Shown: piece after piece, positions 1 through 10,143 of the stretch
Numbering within the stretch: position 1 is the first letter of the stretch
How the letters are laid out: the number at the start of each line of letters is the position of its first letter
Source of the DNA: a bacterium
GTDB taxonomy: Bacteria > UBA8248 > JACPRG01 > G963555815
Direction: 5' to 3'
Assembly (NCBI GenBank): GCA_965261595.1
Contig: CBDHDG010000006.1
Coordinates: 192,001 to 256,000 of the forward strand
Length of the DNA: 64,000 nt
Translations under genes and position numbers: made by a program
Notes under the pieces: model-generated
Database searches by the model: none
Seen by the model: only the letters and a program-made list of their open reading frames with translations
What the model was told of the DNA's origin: nothing

Positions 1-1692
1 ATGCTGGCCGGCGCGGGGGGGATAGACCTGGTGATGCTGGTCATCGCGGCCGATGAAGGCGTGATGCCCCAAACCCGCGAACACCTTGCCATCTGCCGCC
101 TCCTGGAAATCCAGGACGGGATCGTCGCCCTCACCAAAAAGGACCTGGTCGACCCGGAGTGGCTGGAGCTGGTCACCGACGATGTCCGGGATTTCCTGGG
201 CGGGACCTTCCTGGAGGGTAAGCCGATCATCCCGGTTTCCTCCCGGACGGGCGAAGGCATGGAGGAGATCCGCGCGGCCCTGGCCGACCGCGCCGCGAAC
301 GTGTCGAACAAAAACGCCGACGGTCCGTTGCGTCTGCCCATCGACCGGGTTTTCACGATGCGGGGATTCGGCGTGGTCGTCACCGGGACCCTGTTCTCCG
401 GCCGGGTCCACCTGGAGGGGCGCGTCACCCTTCAGCCCAAAAACGTCACGGCCCGCGTTCGTGGGCTTCAGGTCCACGGTGAAAGTCTGCAACAGGCCAC
501 GGCCGGGCAGCGGACGGCCGTCAACCTTCAGGGCCTGGAAAAGGAAACCATCGAACGGGGCGATGTCCTGGCCGCGCCCGACAGCCTGAAACCTTCCTAC
601 ATGCTGGACGCCGCCCTCCACCACTTGGCCGACGCCCCGCGGCCCCTCAAGAACCGGGACCGGATCCGCTTCCATCAAGGCGCCGTCGAGGCCATCGGGC
701 GCGTGGCCCTCATCGGGACCGACGCCCTTCCGCCCGGAGAGAAGGGGTTCGTCCAGTTCCGTCTGGAACGGCCCGTCGTGGTGCGGCCGGGCGACCGATT
801 CGTCATCCGTGCCTACTCGCCCGTCACCACCATCAGCGGAGGGAAGATCCTCGACAGCCATCCCCCGAAACACCGCCGCCTCCGCCCGGAGACAACACGC
901 CGGTTCGAGACGCTGGCGGAAGCGGAAGACCCGGCCCGGGCCGCTTTGTTCCTCAAAGAGGCCGGGGGCAAGGGCCTGGCCTTTCCCGATCTCTTCCCGC
1001 GCACCTCCGCCGGCCGCAAGGAGCTCATGGAGATCCTCGAGGCCTTCCACCGCGGCGGCACGGCCGAGTGGGTCGACGCCCAGGCGGGCTGGGCCGTTCA
1101 CCATGAGGCCCTGGAAGGGCTGGAGTCCGAGATCAAGGAGCTCCTGGAAAAGTTCCACCAGGAGAATCCCCTTCGTCCCGGGATCCCCAAGGAGGAGCTG
1201 CGAAGCCGATTCCCCGGCCTGCCGGAGAAGGTGTTCGGCATCCTGATCAGGCGAATGGAGGGCAAGGAAGTCGCAACCGAGGGCGACGCGGTCAGGCTCG
1301 CAACCCACAAGGTGAGCTTGGGGGCCGACCAGAGCGAGCTCCGCGAGAAGATCGAACGGTCCTACCGGGAATCCGGCTATCAACCGCCCCGGATCGGCGA
1401 GGTGTGCGACGCGCTCGGGATCTCCCGCAAGCAGGACCGCGAGATCGTTCAGGTCCTGGTGGGCGAAGGCGTCCTGGTCCGGGTCCAGGACGATATCCTC
1501 TATCACCGGGAAAATATCGAGAAGATCAAGAAGACCCTCGCCGGCCATCTGAACGAAAAGGGCGAGATCTCGGCCTCGGGATTCCGGGACCTGCTCGGGA
1601 TTACGCGCAAGCACGCGATCCCGCTGCTGGAACACCTGGACTCGACCCGGTTCACGATGCGCGTCGGCGACAACCGCGTCCTGCGAAAATAG
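1..1692 (+). CDS. selB: Selenocysteine-specific translation elongation factor (5' end outside window)
   Basis: GTPase segments ([23 protein letters not shown]), EF-Tu-like barrels ([20 protein letters not shown]) and a C-terminal winged-helix SECIS-binding end ([16 protein letters not shown]...RVGDNRV). Confidence 0.96.
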   Translation: MLAGAGGIDLVMLVIAADEGVMPQTREHLAICRLLEIQDGIVALTKKDLVDPEWLELVTDDVRDFLGGTFLEGKPIIPVSSRTGEGMEEIRAALADRAANVSNKNADGPLRLPIDRVFTMRGFGVVVTGTLFSGRVHLEGRVTLQPKNVTARVRGLQVHGESLQQATAGQRTAVNLQGLEKETIERGDVLAAPDSLKPSYMLDAALHHLADAPRPLKNRDRIRFHQGAVEAIGRVALIGTDALPPGEKGFVQFRLERPVVVRPGDRFVIRAYSPVTTISGGKILDSHPPKHRRLRPETTRRFETLAEAEDPARAALFLKEAGGKGLAFPDLFPRTSAGRKELMEILEAFHRGGTAEWVDAQAGWAVHHEALEGLESEIKELLEKFHQENPLRPGIPKEELRSRFPGLPEKVFGILIRRMEGKEVATEGDAVRLATHKVSLGADQSELREKIERSYRESGYQPPRIGEVCDALGISRKQDREIVQVLVGEGVLVRVQDDILYHRENIEKIKKTLAGHLNEKGEISASGFRDLLGITRKHAIPLLEHLDSTRFTMRVGDNRVLRK

Positions 1693-1704
1693 AACGACAA
1701 AGTC

Positions 1705-1875
1705 CCAGGGGGCTTTTTTGAAAAACCGCCCCCTGGACCCCTGAAAAACTTTTGTTTCGCGAAAAAGGGAAGCGCCTATGGGCGCTTCCCTTTTTCGCCA
1801 CATGAAAGTTTTCGAGAGGGGTTCCCAATCCCTGGGAGGGGTCTGGGGGACAGTTTTCAAAATGTCCCCCCAGGA
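1705..1875. repeat. Composite palindromic intergenic repeat (REP/BIME-like family A) between convergent genes
   Basis: CCAGGGGGCTTTTTTGAAAAACCGCCCCCTGG hairpin, central GAAAAAGGGAAGCGCC-TATG-GGCGCTTCCCTTTTTC palindrome and an inverted right arm; related units at 6605-6660 and 8072-8172. Confidence 0.75.
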
Positions 1876-2224
1876 TTTTGGCCTCTAAATCGCCGTGCCG
1901 ACTTTGGAGGAATCCATCGTCTTTTGGATGGGTCGGGAGGGGTCATCGGCCGTCACCATCTCCGCCAGGACTTCATCGACCGAGTCGGCGTCCAGCCATG
2001 TGGCCTTGTACTCCACCTTCCCTTCCTTGTTGACGACGTAGACGAAGTTCGGCAGGTTTCCGAGTTGCAGGTGTATCGCCTCGTCCATCCCGTCCACGAG
2101 AACGGGAATCGTCAGGGCTTTGATCCTCGCCAGCTCGCGGGCGTATTCCATCTTGTGCTCGTAGCCTTCGTGTTTCCGGTATGACTTGAAGCCCGTTTCA
2201 CCGGGGTGGGGCTCCCGGACGTAG

Positions 2225-3628
2225 TGGACCGCCCCTGGGTTATTGGACACTCGGGTGAGGGTATTCGACCTCATGCGGCCTCCGCAACTTGAGCGAGTTT
2301 TTCCTGCCTTGCCTGGGCCGGCGTTCGGTAGCCGTAGCCCTCGAGAATCCAATGATGGTTGTACAGGTTCTTGAACTCAAGCAGCGCCCACCGCAGTTCC
2401 TCTACGGTGGCGAAAGAGCGCACCCACAGGAGATTCTCCTTCAAGATGCGGATAAACCACTCACAGTAGCCATTTCCCTCGGGCGCCCGCACGAAGCTGG
2501 GCGAACTGGTCATGCCCAGGTAGGCGATCTCCCGCTGAAAGTCATCGGACAGATAGGCGGGGCCGTGGTCGTGACGAACTTTAAGCCCCTCGGCGACGTC
2601 CGCCTCCAAGCCGGCGAAGCGCTCGGCGACCCCCTGCCGGATCGGCTCCAGGGCCTCGAAGCGGTTGCCGCTCTTGGCCGCATGGATCCCCACGCAGTCC
2701 ACCGAGCAGTGATCCACCGCCACGAACACCGAGGCCACCCCCTCCTCGGTGGTCACCGTCGTCGTCATGTCCGTGCCCCACATTCGGTCGGGCCGCTCGG
2801 TGCGGATGGTCCCGTTGTGGGCCTTGGGACCTCGGGGTTTGCCCACCCGGTGGGGGGCCTGAAGCCCCGCCTCCCGCATCAGGCGACGCACCCGCTCCTT
2901 GCTGGTGCGGATGCCCGCGAAGCGCAGCCTCGCCCACACCTTGCGGTAGCCCTCGCCATGGAAGGGAGAGTCCTCCAGGACCTGCCGGATGTGGCCGAGG
3001 AGTTCCGCATCGGTGCACGGGCCCACAGGGCCGCGCTTATTGGGCGTGGGGCGTTCATGAACGGGGACCGCCTCTCGCCGCCGTTGCGCGTAGACCGTGG
3101 AGCGCGCCAAGCCCCAAAGGGCGCACACCCGCTTCAGGCCGTAGGCTCTGCCCGTGGAGGTGAAGCGGGCCTGACTCATCGCCTCCACCTCCTGCCGGCT
3201 AAAGGGCGGCCGGCCTCCAGGCGGTCGATCTTCTCCCGCAGGACCTCGCCCTCCATCGTGAGTTCGCCCACCTTGGCCTTGAGCCGGGCGTTCTCCTCGG
3301 CCCGCTCATCCGCCGGGCGGGCTTTGAGCGCCGCCTCGCCCCCGCGAAGGAACGCCTCGCGCCAGGCGGAAAGCCGAGCCGCTGTCGTGCCCAACTCGCG
3401 GCAGAGCGTCTCCAGGCTCTCGCCCCGCAAAAGACGCAGGACCGCCTCCCGCTTGCGCTGGCAGGAGAACCGACCCCGCTCACTGCGATGCCCTGGGGCC
3501 TTGGCTCCGTTCGCCCTGCGGGCGCCCTCCGCCAAAGCCCCCTCTTGCTTTTGTTCGTTCATCGCGACACCCCTTTCTCCATGAATCATGGATCAATCGA
3601 GTGTCCAACAAAACCCTAGAGCGGGGGA
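2225..3628 (-). mobile_element. IS3-family element type A, copy 1 (orfA 3176-3589, orfB DDE transposase 2271-3188), 1404 bp
   Basis: HTH orfA, rve orfB (WGTDMT, HDHG, PEGNGYCE), imperfect IRs sharing TTGGACACTCG, 4-bp target duplication GTAG (2221-2224 / 3629-3632). Confidence 0.95.
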
Positions 3629-3674
3629 GTAGAGCGCGAAAAACGCCACGTCCCGATCGGCGTACTTCTTTTTC

Positions 3675-3712
3675 AGCTCCTCCATGAGCGGCAACTGCCG
3701 CCGGAAGGGCGG
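3675..3712 (-). promoter_or_regulatory. Putative bacterial SECIS element of the deiodinase-like gene
   Basis: Directly 3' of the UGA the mRNA reads CCGCCCUUCCGGCGGC-AGUU-GCCGCUCAUGGAGGAG: GC stem, GU-containing apical loop and a lower CUUCC/GGAGG stem. Confidence 0.65.
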
Positions 3713-4108
3713 TCACGTTATGGCGCCGGTGAAAAGGACGAAATGCTTCTTGCCGCGCAACTCGGCGGTGCGGACGCGCGCGCCGCCGGTGGTTTCGAGC
3801 GCAACGTCGGGAAATTCCGCGCCCGGCGGAAAGAGGGAGGGGAACTTTTCATAGAACCCCTTCACCCGTTTGCTGGTGATGAGCCTCAGCGTCTTGAATT
3901 TATTGAGATAGCGCCAGGACCACAGGCCCATCAGCGGGCCCGGCGGTTTGGGCAGCATGTGGTTTCGGTCGGCCATCCTCCCCCCTTCAAATGAATCAGG
4001 ATCCAGAGAAATTATACCATCCGCATGATCCGTGTCCAGAACGAACGGCCCCGGGCGTCCCTTTCGAATGAAACGGAAGGGGAAATCCCTCCGCCCAAGC
4101 CCGCTGTT

Positions 4109-5338
4109 TCAAGCGCGATTCCCGGCGAACTCCTCCGCGTGCGCGATGCGCCGTGAAATGGACGGGTGGCTGTAAAACATTCGCTCCACCCAGGCCGGGG
4201 GCGACTCCTCGGCGAGGTTCAGCCGGGACAACTTGCGCATCGCGGAGATGAACGATTCGGGGTCCTTCGTCGCCCGCAGGGCGTCGTCGTCGCATCTCCG
4301 CTCCATCGCCGTGGAAACCGAATTCCCGAAGGGCGCGGCGAGCAGTCCGGCGCCCCCCAATACAAGCAGCGCCAAAGGAAGGCCGGCGGGGTCGGCCGCG
4401 CCATCGACGCCCAGGCCCGGACCCCACGCGCGCAGGGCGAACACCACCCCGTAAAAGACAACCGTCCCGAGAACCGCCTGCGCCGCGATGAGCTTCGGAA
4501 TGTGCCGCCTTCCGTGATGGGCCAGCTCGTGCGCGAGGACGACGGAGATCTCCTCGTGCGAGAACCCCTCCAGAAGGGTATCGCTCAACAGGATGCGGCG
4601 GGTCTTCCCGAGGCCGGTCAGGGCGGCCGTCGCGGTCCGACTCTTCCGGCCCAGGTCGAACTGATAGACCCCCCGGACGTTCGCGCCGGACCCCCGGGCC
4701 AACTCCGCCAGCCGGTTCTCCAATCCCGCGTCCTCGACCGGCCGCGTTTTGAAGAAGACCGGCATCAGGAGGACCGGCGCCAGCCAGCCGGCCAAAATCA
4801 GGAAGCCCAGGAACGCCGCTCCCGCCCATAGGGGAAAGGTCAACGGCCCCGTCCCCCTCAGCAGCCCATACCAAGCCTCAGACGCCAAAAGCCCGATGGC
4901 GAAGCCAATCCCCGCGCCCTTCAGACGATCCCACAGCCACCCAGCCGCGTTTTGTCGGGAAAGACCGAAACGCCGGGCGAGCCGGTGTCCCCCGAGATAG
5001 TCCAGGGGCAGCGTCAAGACCTCGAATCCAATCATCAGGACCGCGCAGAACAGGGCCATCCCCAACCACGGATTGTCCGTGAGGACCCGGGTCCAATCAG
5101 CGAGGGCGATGGAGGCCCCCGAAAAGAGAAGCCCCGCCAGAAAGAGAAAACCCAACGCTGTCCGGGCGATTCCAACCCTTCGCCCGGTGCGGTGATACCG
5201 GCGCGCCTCGTCATGATGTGAGGGAGGGAGGGGGGGGGATTGCCGCGGGTCATCCACGAAATCCCCCGATCCCGGAGAGGGTCCCGGCGCGCCGCCCGGG
5301 GAGAAATCGGCCGAGCGCTCGGGTTGTCTATCGTCCAT
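4109..5338 (-). CDS. M48 family (Ste24-like) membrane zinc metallopeptidase
   Basis: Several TM segments, HELAH zinc motif, MERRCD third-ligand region, YSHPSISRRI. Confidence 0.9.
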   Translation of the reverse strand: MDDRQPERSADFSPGGAPGPSPGSGDFVDDPRQSPPLPPSHHDEARRYHRTGRRVGIARTALGFLFLAGLLFSGASIALADWTRVLTDNPWLGMALFCAVLMIGFEVLTLPLDYLGGHRLARRFGLSRQNAAGWLWDRLKGAGIGFAIGLLASEAWYGLLRGTGPLTFPLWAGAAFLGFLILAGWLAPVLLMPVFFKTRPVEDAGLENRLAELARGSGANVRGVYQFDLGRKSRTATAALTGLGKTRRILLSDTLLEGFSHEEISVVLAHELAHHGRRHIPKLIAAQAVLGTVVFYGVVFALRAWGPGLGVDGAADPAGLPLALLVLGGAGLLAAPFGNSVSTAMERRCDDDALRATKDPESFISAMRKLSRLNLAEESPPAWVERMFYSHPSISRRIAHAEEFAGNRA

Positions 5339-5489
5339 CGGTCCATGCCCTCCCGCGATGTCGCGGACCCCGGCCGGGGTCGCGGCTCCAATCTATCGCC
5401 CGCTCCGGGACAACGCAACGCGGCGGCGGATCAAGCGGTTGAAATGCGGCGGGAACACCGAGACAGAGCGGCGGCGATAACGGTATGCT

Positions 5490-6575
5490 ATGGACATGGC
5501 AGAACACGAAAAGGCCGCCGGAAATCATCCTTTGCGCGTCGCGGACATCGGCGAGTTCGGTCTGATCGGCCGCCTGAGGTCGCGGCTCGGCGCCGCCAGG
5601 GGGGGTGCGGGGGGGGCGGGCGTTGTCCTGCCCAATGGGGACGACTGCGCGGGGGTTCTCTTCACCCCGGGCCGGTGGGTCCTGGCGACGAGCGACATGA
5701 TGGTCGAGGGCGAGCACTTCCTCCGGGCCCACGCCACCCCCCGGCAGATCGGCCGAAAGGCCCTGGCCATCAACCTCAGCGACATCGCCGCCATGGGCGG
5801 AGACCCGAAGTTCGCCCTCACGTCCCTCGCCGTTCCCGAGGACACGCCCGTCGAGTGCATCGAGGCCGTCTATGACGGTCTTCGTGAAGAGGGCGAAGCG
5901 TTCGGAACGGCGGTGATCGGGGGGAATGTGGCGCGCTCCCCGGCGGGGATCATCCTGGACGTCCACCTCCTGGGGGAATCGGACCCGGAGAGGACCCTCC
6001 GCCGATCCGGCGCCCGTCCCGGAGACGTCGTGATGGTCACGGGGACGCTCGGCGACGCCGCCGCGGGACTGCGCGTCCTTCTGGATTCCGAAATCTCCGC
6101 TCCGGGCGAGACGGCGGACCTCCCGGCCGGCGAGAGATCCCTCGTGGACGCCCTCCTGGGGCCGAAACCCCGCGTGCCGGAGGGGCGGGCCATCGCGAAC
6201 GCCAGGGCCGCGACGGCGATGATCGATCTCAGCGACGGCCTCTCGGGCGACCTCTCGCACCTCTGCGAGGCGAGCCGGGCGGGCGCTGTCCTGGACGCCG
6301 GAAGCATTCCCGTCTCCGACGCCCTGCGAGCGATTTCCGCCGGGTGGAAACGAGATCCGGTGGACCTGGCCCTCCAGGGGGGCGAGGACTACGAGCTGCT
6401 CATGGCGGTCCGCCCGGAGGAAGCGGACGATCTGGCCGCGCGCGTGCTCCAGGAGACGGGAACGACGCTTACGGCCATCGGCCGTTTCACCGAAAAAGGG
6501 AGCGGTCTCAAAATCCTCCAGGAAGGACGCGAAGAGCCGCTCGAGGTGACCAGTTACGACCACCTGCGGAAGTGA
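5490..6575 (+). CDS. thiL: Thiamine-monophosphate kinase
   Basis: GEFGLI, GDDCA, DMMVEGEHF, NLSDIAAMGGDP, IDLSDGL and GGEDYELL motifs. Confidence 0.95.
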   Translation: MDMAEHEKAAGNHPLRVADIGEFGLIGRLRSRLGAARGGAGGAGVVLPNGDDCAGVLFTPGRWVLATSDMMVEGEHFLRAHATPRQIGRKALAINLSDIAAMGGDPKFALTSLAVPEDTPVECIEAVYDGLREEGEAFGTAVIGGNVARSPAGIILDVHLLGESDPERTLRRSGARPGDVVMVTGTLGDAAAGLRVLLDSEISAPGETADLPAGERSLVDALLGPKPRVPEGRAIANARAATAMIDLSDGLSGDLSHLCEASRAGAVLDAGSIPVSDALRAISAGWKRDPVDLALQGGEDYELLMAVRPEEADDLAARVLQETGTTLTAIGRFTEKGSGLKILQEGREEPLEVTSYDHLRK

Positions 6576-6604
6576 GAGGTCCATTGCGCCCTCGGCAAGG
6601 CTCG

Positions 6605-6660
6605 CCAGGGGGGGCTTTTTTGAAAAACCGCCCCCCCTGGATCCCCCCTGAAAAACTTTC
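6605..6660. repeat. REP-like family A unit after thiL
   Basis: CCAGGGGGGGGCTTTTTTGAAAAACCGCCCCCCCTGG...CTGAAAAACTTT, nearly identical to 1705-1752. Confidence 0.75.
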
Positions 6661-6891
6661 GGCGGCCAAGCCTGTAGCTTGGCCTTTCTGGGTTGGGTGT
6701 TGGATTGGCTGAATATCTGTATGTGACCCGCCGTAGCTTCTTGTTTTGGCCGAATGTCCGCCTTCCTCCGGAAGGCTCCGGCATTCGGCCAATGGGCCAG
6801 TTTTCTTTGCGATCGTGGCGGCCCTAAAAGGCCGAACACGATCGCAAATTGACAGCAGGCGGACATCTGGCCCGATCGAGGAGGAGATAAC

Positions 6892-7902
6892 GTGATGGCG
6901 GATGACGCCGGCGTCGTGCGGGTGGGGCAGGTCGGACTCGGGAAGTGGGGGCGCCAACTGGCGGCGGCCGCCTTGGAGAGCGGGAAGATCCGGTTCGTCG
7001 CGGGTTTTAGCCGCTCGCAAGAGAAGCGCGAGGCGTACGCGGAAAAATTCGGGATGGAAACCGAGACCGCCTACGAGGATTTGCTCAAGCGCGACGATAT
7101 CGAAGGCGTGGTCGTCTCCGCCCCCAACAATGCCCATACGGAGCTGTGCGTCCGCGCGGCCGAGGCGGGAAAACACGTCTTCGTTGAAAAACCGATCACC
7201 AACTCCCTCTCCGGGGCCCGGCAAGTTGTGGAGGCCTGCGCGAAGGCCGGCGTCACCCTCATGGTCGGCCACAGCTCGAGGCGCCTGGGGGGCCACCGCG
7301 TTCAGAAGGCGTGGATCGAAGACGGCAGGCTGGGCGATCTGGTCATGATCGAAGGGAACCTCTCCAACCCGATGGGGTTGGACCTGGAGGAAGGCGATTG
7401 GCTCTGGCATCAGTCCGAAAGCCCGGCCGGGGCCCTGAGCCAGCTCGGCGTCCATCACATGGACACCCTCATCTACCTGGCGGGTCCGGTGAAACGGGTC
7501 TCGTCGTTCATGAGCAAAAGATTCACCCCCGGAGAGATCCCGGACGTGACGGGGACGATGGTCGGATTCGAGTCGGGTGTTCAGGGCTATGTCGGCAGCA
7601 ATTTCGCCAGTCCGCGCTGGACATTCTTCATCAATGTGTACGGGACGAAGGGGAACATCCACTACGACCGCTTCGAAGGGCTCTACCACAAGGAGACCGA
7701 CGAGGCCCGCGTCGCCGTGCCGTACAAAGGCGTGGACATCCTCCGGGATGAGCTGGACCACTTCGCCGACTGCGTCCGGACCGGGGCGGAACCGGAAACG
7801 GGCGGACAGGAGGGCATCGACACCCTGGCCGTCGTGGTCGCGGCCATCCGATCCGCCGCTGAAGGCCGGGCGGTCGAAATCGCCGAGGTCATGGAAGGAT
7901 GA
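6892..7902 (+). CDS. Gfo/Idh/MocA family oxidoreductase
   Basis: Rossmann GQVGLGKWG, GKHVFVEKP and GVHHMD motifs. Confidence 0.9.
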   Translation: MMADDAGVVRVGQVGLGKWGRQLAAAALESGKIRFVAGFSRSQEKREAYAEKFGMETETAYEDLLKRDDIEGVVVSAPNNAHTELCVRAAEAGKHVFVEKPITNSLSGARQVVEACAKAGVTLMVGHSSRRLGGHRVQKAWIEDGRLGDLVMIEGNLSNPMGLDLEEGDWLWHQSESPAGALSQLGVHHMDTLIYLAGPVKRVSSFMSKRFTPGEIPDVTGTMVGFESGVQGYVGSNFASPRWTFFINVYGTKGNIHYDRFEGLYHKETDEARVAVPYKGVDILRDELDHFADCVRTGAEPETGGQEGIDTLAVVVAAIRSAAEGRAVEIAEVMEG

Positions 7903-8071
7903 GCAAGGTCCGGAAGGGCCGGCTTTTAACTTGTCTTGGCCTCAATACGTCAAATTTTGATGGGGCTTTGCCCAATCGGACGCATCCTCACCGGGGAGTA
8001 TCTGATCGACCGGCCGGTCACGCCCTGGACGCTTTTGAAGCCATAGAGACTGACACGGGAGACGGTTAAGA

Positions 8072-8172
8072 CCTTGGGGGGCTTCTTGTAAGACGCCCCC
8101 CAAACCCCTCCCAGGGGTTGGGAACCCCTGGGAGGGGTCCAGGGGGGAAAGTTTTCAAAATGCCCCCCCTGG
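8072..8172. repeat. REP-like family A unit between convergent genes
   Basis: CCTGGGAGGGGTCCAGGGGGGAAAGTTTTCAAAATGCCCCCCCTGGG matches the 1831-1874 arm. Confidence 0.7.
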
Positions 8173-8176
8173 GAAC

Positions 8177-9010
8177 TTAGCCTCTTCTCCCTTTCCGCGG
8201 CACGCCGGCCTGTCTGATCGCCTCTTCCACCTCGTCCATCGTCTGCCGGCCCCAGATGAGCTGGCCGTCCACGACGAACGTCGGCACGCCGAACACCCCC
8301 GCCTTCGCGGCGTCGGCGCGGTGCTGATCGATGAGGTCCTCGAACACGCCGGACTCCACCGCTTCGTCCATGTCGGCCGTGTTCAGGCCGACGCCTTCCG
8401 CCAGCCTCTCGGCGTACAGGAGATCGCTCACGTCTTCGTGCCTGCCGTGCATGGCTTCCAGGAAGGTCTTGATGAATGCCGTCTCCTTCCCCCGGAGCCG
8501 GGCGTACTCGGTGCACATATGGAGATGGCGCGTGTTGAACCGGTGGGGGGAGCGGGTCTTGGCCAGGGGAACGCCGAGGGCTTTGGCCACGGCGCGGCTT
8601 TCATCCCAGCGCCGGGCCATCGCCTCCTTGGGCGCGGGCGTGGCGGCGAAGGGCTTCCAGTCGGGCCGCTGCTGGAAGGCCCGCCACGAGAAGGCGACCT
8701 CGTACATCGCGGAGAGCCGCTCGCACACGGGCACGGCCAGCCAGGAGTTCTGGGACTGATAATCGAAGTAGACCGGGACCGCCAGCGGCAGGTCCGGCGG
8801 GGCGGACAGGACCTCGGCCAGGCGGGTCTCGAGCTCCTTTTTCCGCTTCTCGTCGATCAGGACCCACGTGCTTTTGTGCAGGGCGCCGACAGTCCGGACC
8901 GCCACCTTCTTTCGCAGTGCGTGGAGCTGCCGGGGGGTCAAAGCCCGGAACTTCGCCCGGACGACCCCTGTTCGGACCTTCTCATACTTGACCTGCCCTC
9001 TTGCGGCCAT
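8177..9010 (-). CDS. DsbA-like / HCCA isomerase (kappa-GST-like) protein with an N-terminal extension
   Basis: VYFDYQSQNSW in place of FDxxCPxC/SPYS; C-terminal GVFGVPTFVVDGQLIWG. Confidence 0.75.
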   Translation of the reverse strand: MAARGQVKYEKVRTGVVRAKFRALTPRQLHALRKKVAVRTVGALHKSTWVLIDEKRKKELETRLAEVLSAPPDLPLAVPVYFDYQSQNSWLAVPVCERLSAMYEVAFSWRAFQQRPDWKPFAATPAPKEAMARRWDESRAVAKALGVPLAKTRSPHRFNTRHLHMCTEYARLRGKETAFIKTFLEAMHGRHEDVSDLLYAERLAEGVGLNTADMDEAVESGVFEDLIDQHRADAAKAGVFGVPTFVVDGQLIWGRQTMDEVEEAIRQAGVPRKGRRG

Positions 9011-9229
9011 GGGGTTTTCTCCTCATTGGATTGCCGTGCGCATGGCTCGAACAAAACACGCCCCGGCACGGAACCTCATTCTGAACAACAGGCGAAGCAG
9101 TGAAAATCGATCGTTCAACAGCGCCGAACTCAAATCGGCGGGGGAAGGGGGGCTCTAGAAGATGGCATAAATAATGTCCTCCACATAGCGGCTCAACGAA
9201 AGGTCCGGAGGATTCCTCGCCACCTCTGC

Positions 9230-9303
9230 GGGCGGGTACGGAGCCCCGCCCCTACACGCGATTCTACAATGAACATGTAAGGGCCGGGCTCTGTACCGGC
9301 CCG
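9230..9303. repeat. Inverted pair of GTAG-type REP-like palindromes
   Basis: GGGCGGGTACGGAGCCCCGCCCCTAC and GTAAGGGCCGGGCTCTGTACCGGCCC in opposite orientations. Confidence 0.55.
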
Positions 9304-9429
9304 TCACACGCCAGTGGGGAACAAAATGTTGGGGCTTGGTCCACCCCCCGTCGTTCGGCAAGTCGTTAAGAGACAACCTGTTTACTCGACTCAATCTATT
9401 CGGGCGTTTGCCTTGGTGAGATATACAGG

Positions 9430-10143
9430 CTATTCCAACCGGCCGAGGAGCTGGAGGACGGCGCGGCGGATCGCCTCGCGGCTGGCCTGACCGACGGTGG
9501 TCTCGTCAAAGGGCGTCCCGGACCCCGACGGGAAGAGCCGCCGGGTCGTGTGGATCGCCTCGCCGATTCCGGAGGCAGGAATGTATTCGTGCGTCTCCGG
9601 GTCCACGCGGCGGATTTGGATCCCAATCCGGGTCACCTGAGACGATTTCACCGAAACGCCGCGGATACGCTCCCGCGTTCCCACGCCGAATTCGAACACT
9701 TCCCCGTAGATGACGGCCGAAGGCTGCTTCAGCCTTCCGATACGGAGGGCCGTCTCCGGGTCCACCAGGTCGCTCTGACCCAGATAGAGCTGGCGCATCA
9801 GCCGCTCGACGACCTCTCTTCGGATCTCGACGAACCGGAACCGATTAGTCTCGGCCAAGGTGTTGACGATCATCTGGTGGAGACCCAATCCGACCTGCCG
9901 GTCCACGAGCTTGGGGTATCGCCTGGCGGCCCGCTTGGACAAACCGAGGGGAAGGACCGCGATACGGGTCTTGGGGCCGCGATACTTCGGAAACGCCACG
10001 GGTGCCCGGCGTGAGATCGGCTCCGGCCTCCCCCCCCCTTTTTCGGGTTCGACGATGCCCGCGTCCGCGCACGCCGCCGCGGCGGCGCAAACCGCTCCCA
10101 ACGCGGGGGCCCTGAGCACGCGCCCCGTTCCCGGCTTCAACAT
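9430..10143 (-). CDS. CsgG/HfaB-like putative lipoprotein
   Basis: Lipobox-like AAAAC; RIAVLP...MIVNTLAETNRFRFVE...IGRL...VIYGEVFEFG pattern. Confidence 0.7.
   Translation of the reverse strand: MLKPGTGRVLRAPALGAVCAAAAACADAGIVEPEKGGGRPEPISRRAPVAFPKYRGPKTRIAVLPLGLSKRAARRYPKLVDRQVGLGLHQMIVNTLAETNRFRFVEIRREVVERLMRQLYLGQSDLVDPETALRIGRLKQPSAVIYGEVFEFGVGTRERIRGVSVKSSQVTRIGIQIRRVDPETHEYIPASGIGEAIHTTRRLFPSGSGTPFDETTVGQASREAIRRAVLQLLGRLE

Larger units (their letters stand above)
1885..3976 (-). pseudogene. Iodothyronine deiodinase-like (thioredoxin-fold) selenoprotein, UGA at 3713-3715, interrupted by IS3 (2225-3628)
   Basis: Removing the IS and one GTAG copy gives a 227-aa frame: ...FVLFTGAIT-U-PPFRRQLPLMEELKKKY...FFALYVREPHPG...VLVDGMD...LGNLPNFVYVV, matching the deiodinase GSxTUPPF and YIxEAHP motifs. 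Confidence 0.85.

Noticed and set aside
2289..3584. 431-aa antisense ORF present in each IS3 copy
   Set aside because: It is the shadow frame of the GC-rich transposase genes and is repeated only because the IS is repeated
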